A DNA stretch of 64,000 nucleotides from Nocardioidaceae bacterium. GTDB taxonomy: Bacteria; Actinomycetota; Actinomycetes; Propionibacteriales; Nocardioidaceae. The notes beneath the pieces were generated by a model that saw only the letters and a list, made by a program, of their open reading frames with translations, was not told where the DNA came from and did no database searches. The position numbers were made by a program, and so were the translations under genes. The stretch's first letter is position 1. The number at the start of each line of letters is the position of its first letter. Shown here in pieces: positions 17,721 to 27,100 of this stretch. Location: contig JASGGG010000006.1 in assembly GCA_047605165.1 (NCBI GenBank), positions 23 through 64,022 of the forward strand. Reading direction: 5' to 3'.

Positions 17721-19243
17721 GGCGTCGCCTCGATGCAGTCGGGTGGAGCGATCGTCGGTGTCGGGCTGGCGGTGGGGGAGCTCGACGGTGTCTTGCTGGG
17801 GGTCTTGCTGGGCGCTTTGCTGGGGGTCGCAGCGGGGGTCTTGGTGGCCTTCTTCGACGGGGTCTTGGTCGGGCTGGCCTTCTTGGTGGATGCCGGCGGT
17901 GTGGGTGTCGGAGTCGCGGCCGACGGGGTGTCGCAGGTGCGGGCGAGCCCCATCAGGCTCTCGTCCATGATCCGCCGGGCGTCGGCCAGGCTGTCGGCGT
18001 CGATGCCGTCGCGTACCTGTTCGGCGTTGTAGGCGGGCAGCGACTCGATGGTGATCCGGGACCGCTCGACCACCGAGTTGAGCGAGACGCCGGGTGGATT
18101 GACGGCCACGCCGCGGAAGATCGTGACGTACCCGTCGGACACCGAGACGTAGTACTGCTTCTGGGTCCAGCGGTACGCGGCCGCGCCCAGCCCGACGATC
18201 AGCAGCAGGGTCAGGGAGAGGTACGCCAGCCGGCGCAGCCAGAGTAGCCGGCGGGGCGCCCGGAGTGCATAGCGCTGCTCCTCCGGATCGATGTCGTCGA
18301 TGTTGTCGACGAAGACGTCACCGCTCCAGTCGCCGTTACCGTCGCGGTCGGCTTCGCCGGGGACCGGAGGGAGGTCCGCGGCGGTGTGACGGGCGTCCGG
18401 GTCGAGCTTGCGGGGGAGGACGGCGGCCGACCCCACCAGCATCGCGCCGGCGGTCTGCCCGGCGGCCTCTTCGGCACTCGGTTCGCCGGCCTGGTCGCGC
18501 TCGTTTTCCCGGGGCACCCGTTCCACGTCTGCGACGAGCACGGTCACGTTGTCGGTGGTGCCCAGGTCGAGGGCGGTGCGCACGATCGCGACCGCCGCGT
18601 AGTCGACGGTGCCTCGGCCGAGCTCGGCCGCCATCCGGGTGTTGTCGAGCGGCCCCGAGGCGCCGTCGCTGCAGAACAACAGCCGGTCGCCGGGCTCCAG
18701 ATCGACGTGGAAGAGGTCAGGTGCTGTCTCGTGTACGCCGTCCACGGCCCGCAGGATCAGGTTGCGGTGCGGGTGGGTGCGCGACTCCTCCTCGGTGATC
18801 CGGCCCTCGTCGACCAGGGACTGTACGAAGGTGTGGTCCTTGGTGAGCTGGGTGATCTCGCCGTCGCGGAGCCGGTAGGCACGGCTATCGCCCACGTGCG
18901 CGACGCCGAGCCGGGTGCCGTCGAACAGCCCGGCGGTCACCGTCGTACTCGTGCCCATCAGCTCGGGGTCGCGCTCGACCAGTTCGGCGATGCGGTCGTG
19001 GACGCGATGCACCGCGCCGGCGAGGGCTTCCAGGAGGTCCCCGGCCGGAGGCTCGTCGAGGCGCTGAAGTGTCGTGATCGCGGTATGGCTGGCCACGTCG
19101 CCGTACGCCGCGCCGCCCACGCCGTCGGCGATCGCCAGCAGGTGGGGGCCGGCGTACCCGGCGTCCTGGTTGTCCTTGCGGTAGCGGCCCAGGTCGGACA
19201 GCGCCGAGTATCGGAGCCGGAGCCGGCTCGTCTCGCTGGCCAC
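17717..19243 (-). CDS. pstP: PP2C-family Ser/Thr phosphatase with TM and Pro/Thr/Lys-rich extracellular tail
   Basis: RKDNQDAGY, AIADGVGG, LLFCSDG and DNVTVLVADV motifs. The GTG start shares a G with the fhaB TAG stop at 19243. Confidence 0.92.
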   Translation of the reverse strand: MASETSRLRLRYSALSDLGRYRKDNQDAGYAGPHLLAIADGVGGAAYGDVASHTAITTLQRLDEPPAGDLLEALAGAVHRVHDRIAELVERDPELMGTSTTVTAGLFDGTRLGVAHVGDSRAYRLRDGEITQLTKDHTFVQSLVDEGRITEEESRTHPHRNLILRAVDGVHETAPDLFHVDLEPGDRLLFCSDGASGPLDNTRMAAELGRGTVDYAAVAIVRTALDLGTTDNVTVLVADVERVPRENERDQAGEPSAEEAAGQTAGAMLVGSAAVLPRKLDPDARHTAADLPPVPGEADRDGNGDWSGDVFVDNIDDIDPEEQRYALRAPRRLLWLRRLAYLSLTLLLIVGLGAAAYRWTQKQYYVSVSDGYVTIFRGVAVNPPGVSLNSVVERSRITIESLPAYNAEQVRDGIDADSLADARRIMDESLMGLARTCDTPSAATPTPTPPASTKKASPTKTPSKKATKTPAATPSKAPSKTPSKTPSSSPTASPTPTIAPPDCIEATP

Positions 19244-19761
19244 TACTTCCTCAGCTCCATCGTGGTCTTGCCGATGCGGATGCGCTGGCCGGGTGTGAGG
19301 GCGGTGGGCTGGGTGATGCGGTGGTTCTCGATGTAGGTGCCGTTGGTGGAGCCGAGGTCTTCGACGTACCACTGGTCGCCCGAGTTCGCGATGCGTGCGT
19401 GCCGGGTCGAGACGTAGTCGTCGTCGAGGCGGATCTGCGCGTCGGTGCCGCGTCCGATCAGCAGGGGAGCCAGGTCGAGGGAGATGGTGTCGCCGGCGTT
19501 GGGGCCGTCGACGATGTAGACGTGACTGGGCGCGCCGCGCGGCCGCTTCGTACTCCCCGCCTGCTTCGCAGCCTTGGCGTTGGCCTTCTGCTGTGCCTTC
19601 TGTTGGGCTTTGGCCTCGCGGCGGCCGGCCCGGGAGGTCTCGACGCGGGCACCGAACATGTCGCTGCGGATAACGGAGACGACGGAGAGCACGAACGTCC
19701 ACAGCACCACCAGGTAGGCGAGCCGGATCAGCAGCAGCGTGAAGTCAGTCGACATCGGCAC
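19243..19761 (-). CDS. fhaB: FHA domain protein FhaB/FipA
   Basis: N-terminal TM plus a C-terminal FHA domain (LIGRGTDAQIRLDDDYVSTRHARI...DLGSTNGTYI). Confidence 0.9.
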   Translation of the reverse strand: MPMSTDFTLLLIRLAYLVVLWTFVLSVVSVIRSDMFGARVETSRAGRREAKAQQKAQQKANAKAAKQAGSTKRPRGAPSHVYIVDGPNAGDTISLDLAPLLIGRGTDAQIRLDDDYVSTRHARIANSGDQWYVEDLGSTNGTYIENHRITQPTALTPGQRIRIGKTTMELRK

Positions 19762-20494
19762 CGCCGGTGACCAGGCGTACGACCAGCTCGGTGTTGCCGA
19801 TCTTGACTACGCTGCCGTCGCCGACCGCGGTGCGCTCGATGCGGTGGCCGTCGACCAGGGTGCCGTTGGTGGAGCCGAGGTCGATCACCCCGACCTTGGG
19901 CGGCTGATGGTCGGTGACGCGGATCTCGGCGTGCTTGCGGCTGACCCCGGGGTCGTTGATGCGCAGGTCGGCCTCCGGGCCACGCCCCACGATGAGGCCG
20001 GGCGGCAACACGAGCTGCTCGGCACCGTTGACCTCCAGCATCACGCTGACCTGCTTGGCGGCCTTGCTCGCCGCGCGTCGCGCGAAGAAGCCGCCTTCGT
20101 CGTCGGTCGCCGTAGGGGTCACCGCGGCGGTCGCCACGCCTTTGACCCGGAACCGCCCAGTCGACAGGTCGTCGGCGCGGTGGAAGTCGATCGCCACGTC
20201 GCCCGCGAAGACGTAGTGCTGTTCGTCGGCGTGCTCGCGCAGCAGCTCGGTCAGCTCTTGGCTGAGGGTGCCGGCGTACGGCGCCAGCCGGTCGTAGTCG
20301 GCCGACGCCAGCTCGATGTCGAACGAGTTGGGCACCAGCCGTCGATCACGCGACACGACCTGCGCGTTGTTGTCCACCTCACGCTGGAGTGCGGCGGCCA
20401 GCTCGACCGGCTGCACCGCGCTGCGGAAGGCCCGGGCGAACGTACCGCTGACCACCTGCTCGAGTCGGTTCTCGAATCGCTGCAGCAAGCCCAT
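19745..20494 (-). CDS. fhaA: FhaA (DUF3662 + FHA domain)
   Basis: MGLLQRFENRLEQVVSGTFARAF... with a C-terminal FHA domain (VGRGPEADLRINDPGVSRKHAEI...DLGSTNGT). Confidence 0.9.
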   Translation of the reverse strand: MGLLQRFENRLEQVVSGTFARAFRSAVQPVELAAALQREVDNNAQVVSRDRRLVPNSFDIELASADYDRLAPYAGTLSQELTELLREHADEQHYVFAGDVAIDFHRADDLSTGRFRVKGVATAAVTPTATDDEGGFFARRAASKAAKQVSVMLEVNGAEQLVLPPGLIVGRGPEADLRINDPGVSRKHAEIRVTDHQPPKVGVIDLGSTNGTLVDGHRIERTAVGDGSVVKIGNTELVVRLVTGGADVD

Positions 20495-20648
20495 GTCGCC
20501 TCCTCCCACTCCTTCGGCGTACGTCGTCGGTCGACGCGCATCGCCCTCCCCCAACTGGCGTACGCGCGTGCGTCTGATCGATCGTATCGGGGCCGGCCCG
20601 CCAGTTTGGGCAGGCTCAAGCAGGTGGGTTACCCTTACACGGCTTCTG

Positions 20649-20732
20649 GCGCGAGTGGCGGAATAGGCAGACGCGCACGGTTCAGGTCCGTGTGCCCGAA
20701 AGGGCGTGGGGGTTCAACTCCCCCCTCGCGCA
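20649..20732 (+). tRNA. tRNA-Leu(CAG), long variable arm
   Basis: GCGCGAGTGGCGGAATAGGCAGACGCGCACGGTTCAGGTCCGTGTGCCCGAAAGGGCGTGGGGGTTCAACTCCCCCCTCGCGCA, with anticodon loop TT-CAG-GT. Confidence 0.92.
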
Positions 20733-20753
20733 CGCGAAGGCAAGACGGTGGAA

Positions 20754-20775
20754 CCCCAGGTCATCCTGGGGTTTC
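20754..20775 (+). terminator. hairpin CCCCAGG-TCAT-CCTGGGG followed by TTTC, just after tRNA-Leu
   Basis: Perfect 7-bp stem followed by a short T tract. Confidence 0.4.
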
Positions 20776-20850
20776 GCTCATTTCTGGGCGTACCCTCATG
20801 GCACGTGTTAGCACGGCGTTAGCACCAGCACCTATACGGGAGGTGTTGAG

Positions 20851-22134
20851 ATGGCTTGGATCACCAAGCGCAAGCGCGCCGACGGCGGAGTCTCGGTGAC
20901 CGTCGTGTGGCGCCACGGAGGCGCGCGTGACGGCGCCTACCAGTCCGAGACTTTCGGGGCGGGCAGCGATGCCCAGAACCTCGCGCGTGCCGATGGCTTC
21001 AAGAAGATGGTCGACGCGGCTGGCCAGCGCTGGCCGGACGGCTGGGTCCGAGGTGAGGGCTTCGTCCGTCCGCCCGGCGAGACCGACCCGATGAAGACGC
21101 CACCGAGGTTCATTGACGTCGGTGAGAAGTACGTCCGCCAGATCGTCGATCTCTCGCCGGGCCAGCGCAAGAAGTACCTGGGCAACCTCCGGGTCCTGGA
21201 GAAGACCAAGGTGTCAGGGTCGTACGTCTTCACCCGGCCGGTCTCCGCGATCACCGAGGCTGACCTGAAGGCGTGGCTGATCGAGTGGGACAGGTCGCTG
21301 AAGACGAAAGCCAACTACCACGGCCTGATGCACGGCATCTTCGCCTACGCCCTCAAGCAGGGTCACCTGACGTCGAACCCGGCGATCGGGACCGCCCCGA
21401 AGCAGTCGCGGGTCAAGCAGTCACGACCCGAACTGCGGTTCTTGACGGAGAAAGAGCTCGGCCGGGCTGCCGAGCTGGCGGGGAAATACGGCGACCTGCT
21501 CGCGGTCACCGCGGCCACGGGGCTGCGGTTCGGTGAGGTGAGTGCGCTGTGGGTCAAGGATGTCGACCTGGCCCATCGCACGATCCGGGTGAACAAGGCG
21601 TGGAAGGAGGAGGGAGACGACGGCGCGACCGATATTCCGGGCTGGCTGGCCAAGCAACTGCGGCCCAAGCACACGATGCGCGACCATTACCTGGGCAACC
21701 CCAAGACCCCGAAGTCACGCAGGACGATCACCATCCCGCCAACCATCGCCAAGGTGTTGGCCCAGTGGATGAAGGACAAGGCGCCCGACGACTTCGTCTT
21801 CACCACTAGAACCGGCCGGCCGCTGCACAACGCCGACTTCTACACCCACCACTGGTCGAAGCTGCAGAAGAAGCTGGAGGCCGAAGGGGTCGCACGCTTC
21901 CGGTTCCACGACCTACGCCACACCCACGTTGCCTGGCTGATCGCGGGCGGCGCTCCGCTCCCGCACATCCAGGCAAGGTTGGGACACGAGTCGATCACCA
22001 CCACCATCGACACCTACGGACACCTCCTGCCCGCTGGCGACGAGCTGATCTCCAGCATCTTGGAGGCCGCGCTGGCGGGCGAGACCATCCGGCCAGCGCA
22101 GGTGGGGAAGCCGAGCGCGAGGATGAGCGAATGA
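20851..22134 (+). CDS. int: tyrosine-type site-specific integrase
   Basis: The C-terminal catalytic region includes ...RFHDLRHTHVAWLIAGGAPLPHIQARLGHESITTTIDTYGHLL (R..H..R..Y signature elements). It is adjacent to a tRNA. Confidence 0.92.
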   Translation: MAWITKRKRADGGVSVTVVWRHGGARDGAYQSETFGAGSDAQNLARADGFKKMVDAAGQRWPDGWVRGEGFVRPPGETDPMKTPPRFIDVGEKYVRQIVDLSPGQRKKYLGNLRVLEKTKVSGSYVFTRPVSAITEADLKAWLIEWDRSLKTKANYHGLMHGIFAYALKQGHLTSNPAIGTAPKQSRVKQSRPELRFLTEKELGRAAELAGKYGDLLAVTAATGLRFGEVSALWVKDVDLAHRTIRVNKAWKEEGDDGATDIPGWLAKQLRPKHTMRDHYLGNPKTPKSRRTITIPPTIAKVLAQWMKDKAPDDFVFTTRTGRPLHNADFYTHHWSKLQKKLEAEGVARFRFHDLRHTHVAWLIAGGAPLPHIQARLGHESITTTIDTYGHLLPAGDELISSILEAALAGETIRPAQVGKPSARMSE

Positions 22135-22736
22135 TTGAGCCCGGAGCCGTCCACGCCGGTCGATACGACGGAGACGACGTCGAGGCGGTCGCCGCCGCGC
22201 TCAAGGAGGCGGCCAGCCGCGCCGAGGTCGACGCGACCCCACTCGTCTTGAGCGTGGCCGCGGCAACCGGCGGAGTCGCTCGCCGACTTGATACCCGATT
22301 GAAGTCCCGCGAGTCGATCCTGGAGAAGCTCGGGAGGTTCCGCGGCCGCCGCACGCCGCAGTTCCGCCTTGAACGGTTCAACGACGCGCTGCGCTACACG
22401 ATCGTCTACCCCGACCTCATCTACTGGCGCGCGGTCCGTGCCAGCCAAACCGCTCTGGACGATCACGGCTGCGAGGTCCGGACTGTGCTCGACCGATGGG
22501 GTTCGGACAACTATCGCGGGATCAACATGACCGTGCGTGACCCGGCAGGCTTCGACTTCGAGATCCAGCTCCACACCGAGGTCAGCCTGGCAGCGGCGGA
22601 GCAGACCCACCCCAGCTACGAGGAGGAGCGCAAGCATCACCCCCGCTCCGCCCGAGCGCAAGAGCTGCGCACCTCGCAGAGCGAGGTCTGGGAACTCGTC
22701 CCGGTCCCACCAGGCGCCCCGGAGGTACACTCATGA
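22131..22736 (+). CDS. RelA/SpoT-fold nucleotide pyrophosphokinase domain protein (small alarmone synthetase-like; toxSAS candidate)
   Basis: TRLKSRESILEKL, NDALRYTIVY, NYRGINMTVR, FDFEIQLHT and THPSYEE follow the order of the RelA_SpoT synthetase motifs. Its ATGA overlaps the integrase stop. Confidence 0.7.
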   Translation: MIEPGAVHAGRYDGDDVEAVAAALKEAASRAEVDATPLVLSVAAATGGVARRLDTRLKSRESILEKLGRFRGRRTPQFRLERFNDALRYTIVYPDLIYWRAVRASQTALDDHGCEVRTVLDRWGSDNYRGINMTVRDPAGFDFEIQLHTEVSLAAAEQTHPSYEEERKHHPRSARAQELRTSQSEVWELVPVPPGAPEVHS

Positions 22737-22945
22737 ACATGGAGTACTACAAGTTCTCGGCGGGCCGAGGATACGAGTACGTCCGCCTCGACCGGGCAGG
22801 CATGACTGCCTGGTACTTCGACGACCTCGACCTGGAGTGGGTCGAGCAGCCCGCCTACTTCACGGAGATCATCTCCAACGGCGGCGGTGTGCCTATGACC
22901 GAGTCTGAGGCGCTTGACGCTGTCGGCCACCTCCAGTCGGCCTGA
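22733..22945 (+). CDS. small hypothetical protein (70 aa), candidate cognate antitoxin/immunity of the RSH gene
   Basis: Its ATGA overlaps the stop of the RSH gene. I recognise no family. Confidence 0.45.
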   Translation: MNMEYYKFSAGRGYEYVRLDRAGMTAWYFDDLDLEWVEQPAYFTEIISNGGGVPMTESEALDAVGHLQSA

Positions 22946-23024
22946 TCCGGCGTCTCCGCAGGTCGCACGGTCCCGCTGAATCAGCGGCACCGCTGAGCCT
23001 GCGCGTCGGCTCCCAGCCGAATCA

Positions 23025-23267
23025 TCAGAGCTTCGACCGCCGCCGGTCTCGCTGGAACGGCAGAAGCTGGGCCGTGACGGGCTGCTCGCAGGAGGTGATG
23101 AACTCGTCGAGGTATTCGATCTTGAATCGGATGTGCTTGCCGACCCTTGCGTGGCGGATCTTGCCGTCGCGGACGGCGTCGGCGACCCAGCGTTCGGGCA
23201 CGTTGAGGTACGCCGCTGCCTCGGCTGTGTCGAGCAGCGGTTGACGGGCTGGCGCGGGTGTGGCCAC
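23025..23267 (-). CDS. excisionase-type helix-turn-helix DNA-binding protein
   Basis: LLDTAEAAAYLNVPERWVADAVRDGKIRHARVGKHIRFKIEYLDEFI is a MerR/Xis-like HTH_17 pattern. Confidence 0.75.
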   Translation of the reverse strand: MATPAPARQPLLDTAEAAAYLNVPERWVADAVRDGKIRHARVGKHIRFKIEYLDEFITSCEQPVTAQLLPFQRDRRRSKL

Positions 23268-23303
23268 GGCGTACCTCCTTCCTTGTTGAGACTGAGACGT
23301 CGG

Positions 23304-23504
23304 TCAGCTGAGGTGCTGGCGGCCTTCGGCGCTGTTGATCCACTCCTTGACGCGGCTCGTCCGATAGACGACGCGGCGGCCGAGTCGGAAGCCGTGGGGC
23401 GGTTGGCCCAGGTGGCGGCGCCAGCGCAGGCTGTCGACGCTCATGCGGCAGATCTTGGCGACCTCCTCGATGAACAGCAGCGGGTCTTCGGGTTCGGGTG
23501 TCAT
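23304..23504 (-). CDS. AlpA/Xis-family helix-turn-helix protein (66 aa)
   Basis: MTPEPEDPLLFIEEVAKICRMSVDSLRWRRHLGQPPHGFRLGRRVVYRTSRVKEWI. The upstream extension of the ORF looks non-coding. Confidence 0.7.
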   Translation of the reverse strand: MTPEPEDPLLFIEEVAKICRMSVDSLRWRRHLGQPPHGFRLGRRVVYRTSRVKEWINSAEGRQHLS

Positions 23505-23610
23505 GTGCTTCTCCTGTCTCTGGTCTTCTGGGGTGACCAAGTGATCAGGCGGGGTCTGAGTGGACACCGCCGGTGGTGGTTGCCTTTCAGCGTGCTCAGG
23601 CAACGCACCA

Positions 23611-23962
23611 AAACACGCCCGTCCCGGCTGCGCCCGTCCTGCCCGATCGGGGAGGGCGCAGGACGGGCGTTGGGACGGGCGCGGGGTGTTTGCGCTGGTC
23701 AGCGCGTTCTCGGGCATCGCCCCTCCTTTCGTAGGTAAAACCTCTGTCGGCGCTGTTGCCGAGCTGTTGGTGAGGTGTTCCGGGCGGGTCGCCGGGCACA
23801 CCTCGCTCGCCCCGACGCGCACGTTGTAGGTGTGCGCCCGTCCCCAAGGGGACAGGACGGGCGTTACCGGATGCGTTCCCCCTGTCCGCGTTCTGGAGGG
23901 GGAACCTTGGGGGAACCTCGCTCCCGGTTCCTGCGTCGTTGCAGGTCAGCGTGCGTTCCCCC
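23611..23962. promoter_or_regulatory. iteron/inverted-repeat-dense non-coding block (candidate oriT and/or operator array)
   Basis: GCCCGTCC/GGACGGGC occurs six times as three inverted pairs (23617, 23632, 23661, 23673, 23836, 23855). GTTCCCCC/GGGGGAAC occurs four times (23875, 23898, 23909, 23955). No convincing ORF spans 23505-24104. Confidence 0.5.
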
Positions 23963-24104
23963 CCGAAATTTCAACGATTCTTCGGAGTCCTCCTTGCTCC
24001 GGGGTTCGACGACGCCGGTGTTCTCCCCGATAAGGGGATAGGCAACGAGTACGTGGCCAAATCGGACGCATCTGAGTCCTCGGCGGTCCTGCCGGCGGAG
24101 TGGG

Positions 24105-27100
24105 TCAGAAGCCGATGCCCGGTCCCTGGCGGTCGGCTCCGGGGCCGTACGTTGGTATCGGGTCAGGGGCCTGTAGCCGGCGCCGGGCTGCGGCGTCGTG
24201 TTCGCGGGCTGCTCGCAAGCGTGCGGCAACACGAGCAGCTTCCTGGGCGGCTTCCCGGTCGGCGGCCCACTGGTCGTGTTCGGCATCCAATCGTCCGGCC
24301 GGGAGGACACGGATCTCGGGGGCGCGGGTGAGGGTGTGGACGCGCTGGTCGGCGACGCGCACCTGCGGGGCAAGCCTGTCGAGGTCGGCCTGGACCTGGT
24401 CCAGTAGTTCGGGCAGATCCGGGTGATAGGCCACCGGCGCGTAGGGCCGCAGCCTCGCCGCAAGATCGTCCTGGTCTGCGCGGAGCGCAGCCTTGGCGTC
24501 GTCGACGACCCGACCGGCGCTGCGGAGCCTTGCTCGGAGGAGTGGGGCTTCGGGGTGCGCCCGTGCGGTGGCGTGCTGTGCGACTTGGGTGATCGTGGCC
24601 TGGAGACGATCCCGCTCGCCGTAGCCGATCTGGCGGCGGACCTGCTCGGGGTCGCCGGATAGCTCAGGCAGAAGGGGCCGCCACTTCTCAGCCCACCTGT
24701 TGAGGACGTCGTGGGCATCGCGGACCTGGCGGCGGTGCAGCCCGAGTGGCCCGGCACCGTCGTGGATCGTCGTGAGGGCATCAGCGACGGCGGGCTGATC
24801 GGCGTTCCACCCTCGCCGCAGGTCGGCGATGGTGTTCTCGGTCTCTGCGGTCATGGCCGCATCCAGGTCCCGTACCGTCGACTGGATCCGGTTCAGCCGA
24901 CGGATCGCCCCGTCGAGGCGATGACGTAGTTGTGTCTGCCTGGGTGCGGATTCCTCGCGGATCGCGCGCACGGCTTCGGTCTGCTGCCGCTGCTGGTCGA
25001 GCCGCTCCCACCGGGTGGTGAGGTCGGCCCGGACCGTCCAAGCGGCACGGAGCCGGTCGAGCACGACGTCGATGGGTCGTTGGGGTGCGTACCGTTCCAT
25101 CTCTTCGGCGGCCTGCTTCGCTGCGTGGGCTGGCCCGAGGTCGGCACGGTCGTGGCCCATGACCTGGTCCCAGATAACGCGAGCTTGGTCTACGTCCTCG
25201 GCCACGATGTGGGCGATGTTGTTGTCGCGTCCGCGTGTCATCCCGACGTAGGCCGCCGAGGCCGACGTGGTCTCCGCGATCAGCATGTGCCCGGTGCTGG
25301 TCGTCTCGCCCTGGGCGCCGTAGACCGTGGTGGCGTAGGCCAGCTCAACCTGGGTCCGGGCGTACGACGCTGGCACGCTCCGGGCGGCGGCGAACCGTTC
25401 CCGCCCCGCAGGGGTCAGGGTGAGCGAGCCGTCCTCACCGACGGCGGCGACGGTCCACGAGTCGCGGTTGGCGACCCCGAGGTCGTGGTCGTTGAGTCGG
25501 GTCGCGACTCGATCCCCGACACCGATGCGCTCCCCAGCCTCGGTGAACACCACCCGAGTGTCATCGACCACGCCACTGGCGACACGCTGGTCACGGATGA
25601 TCCCGTTCAACGCCGCCACCTGGGCACGCGAGTCGGCTATCACCAACAGCCCAGAGCCTGCGCCGGGAGCTGATGCTACTTCTGCTGCGACCGCGTGCAG
25701 CCGCTCGACCTCGGAGGCATGGACGTGGATGTGGCCGCGGGCGAGGAGGGCGTCGAACACCTCCCCAGAAGCCTCCCCAACATGCTCACCAGACGGCTCA
25801 CCAAGTCTGGTCCCGCGGCGCATCGCCAAGGAGATCGCGGCATAGTCGGGCTCGGCGAAGCGGTGCACCACATCGAGTTCGACGACGGCCTCGGGTGCGG
25901 CCCATCGGGCTGCGAGGTCGAGTACGCCGCCGCGACCGACTGCGGGGAGCTGATGGCGATCCCCGACGAGCGCGATCCGGGCGCCGGTCCGGTCAGCGAC
26001 TTGGAAGAGGGCGTGAGCGGTGTCCTGGTCGAGCATGCCCGCCTCGTCGACGAGCAACAGGTCGCCCTTGCCGAGCGTGGTCGCGGGCGGCTGGGTCGGT
26101 TCGTGAGTCCCGCGGCCGTCGTCATCCCACCGCCAGCCGTACTCGTGCACCAGGGCCGCCACAGAGCGAGCCTCGGCAGCAGTCTTGGCGGCGACGTGGG
26201 CAGCCTTCAACGTCGGCGTCACCACGACCAGCCGGTGACCCTGCCGCTCCAGCAGATCCCGAGTCGCGGCCAGAGTCGTCGTCTTCCCAGCCCCGGCTGC
26301 ACCCTCGACCACCACCAGCCGTCCAATCCCCGCAAGGACAGCGACGGCGTCCCGCTGCGCTTGGTCCAGCCCGGCCAGCAACGACACGGACTGTGCTGGC
26401 TCGAGCCGACCGGCGGCGCGCTGGACCATCGCCGCGACCAGGTCGGCCTCGACCGCCAACACACGCAGCGAGGTCAGCGAGCGAACGTGCTCGGGCCCGC
26501 CCTGCTGATCCAACAGGGGCACACTCAGAGCGACGGCACGCGCGGTGATGTCCTCGGCCAACTCGATCCGCACACTTACCTCGGCGACCAGGCCGGTCGC
26601 GGCGATCCACTCCTCGACCCCGCCCCGGAGGTCCGCGGCATTCCAGGCCGACCTGGCTGCACCCAGCCGGGAGACCACAAGATCGGCCGCCCCGTCCCGG
26701 TCCAGCGACCCGACCGCCGGCCCCATGGGCGGGATCGGCAGACCGGGCTGCGCGGGGTCGCGGTAGCCAAGCTGGTGCAACACGGCATTCCACACCGCGA
26801 CCATCTCGGCCCCGTCCGGCACCACCGCGTGCTGCGGCCCGCTGGTTGAGTTCTGCTTCTGCGGCCGGGCCTCGGCCCACGCTCGCCGGTCCCATCCCTG
26901 CCGTAGACGTGGCCCGGGCTCCTCGCCGGGGTGGTCGGCGCGCCAATCGGCCTCGTAGCGGCCCAGGTTGCGCCCGATCTGCGCCGTACGCGCCGAGAAC
27001 TGGCCCACATACGGCGCCAGCTCGACTACCTCAGCCGTGGCGGGGTCCATCGTGAACCCCTGCGCCGCCAAAACGGCCCGGAACTCGGGGTCGGTGGCGA

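Noticed and set aside
23304-23822. Full 172-aa ORF, plus ORFs 23560-23829, 23596-23847 and 23864-24781 in the iteron region
   Set aside because: Only the last 66 codons (23304-23504) form a recognisable HTH protein with a plausible start. The other frames are P/R/G/S-rich and overlap the repeat array, so they look non-coding.
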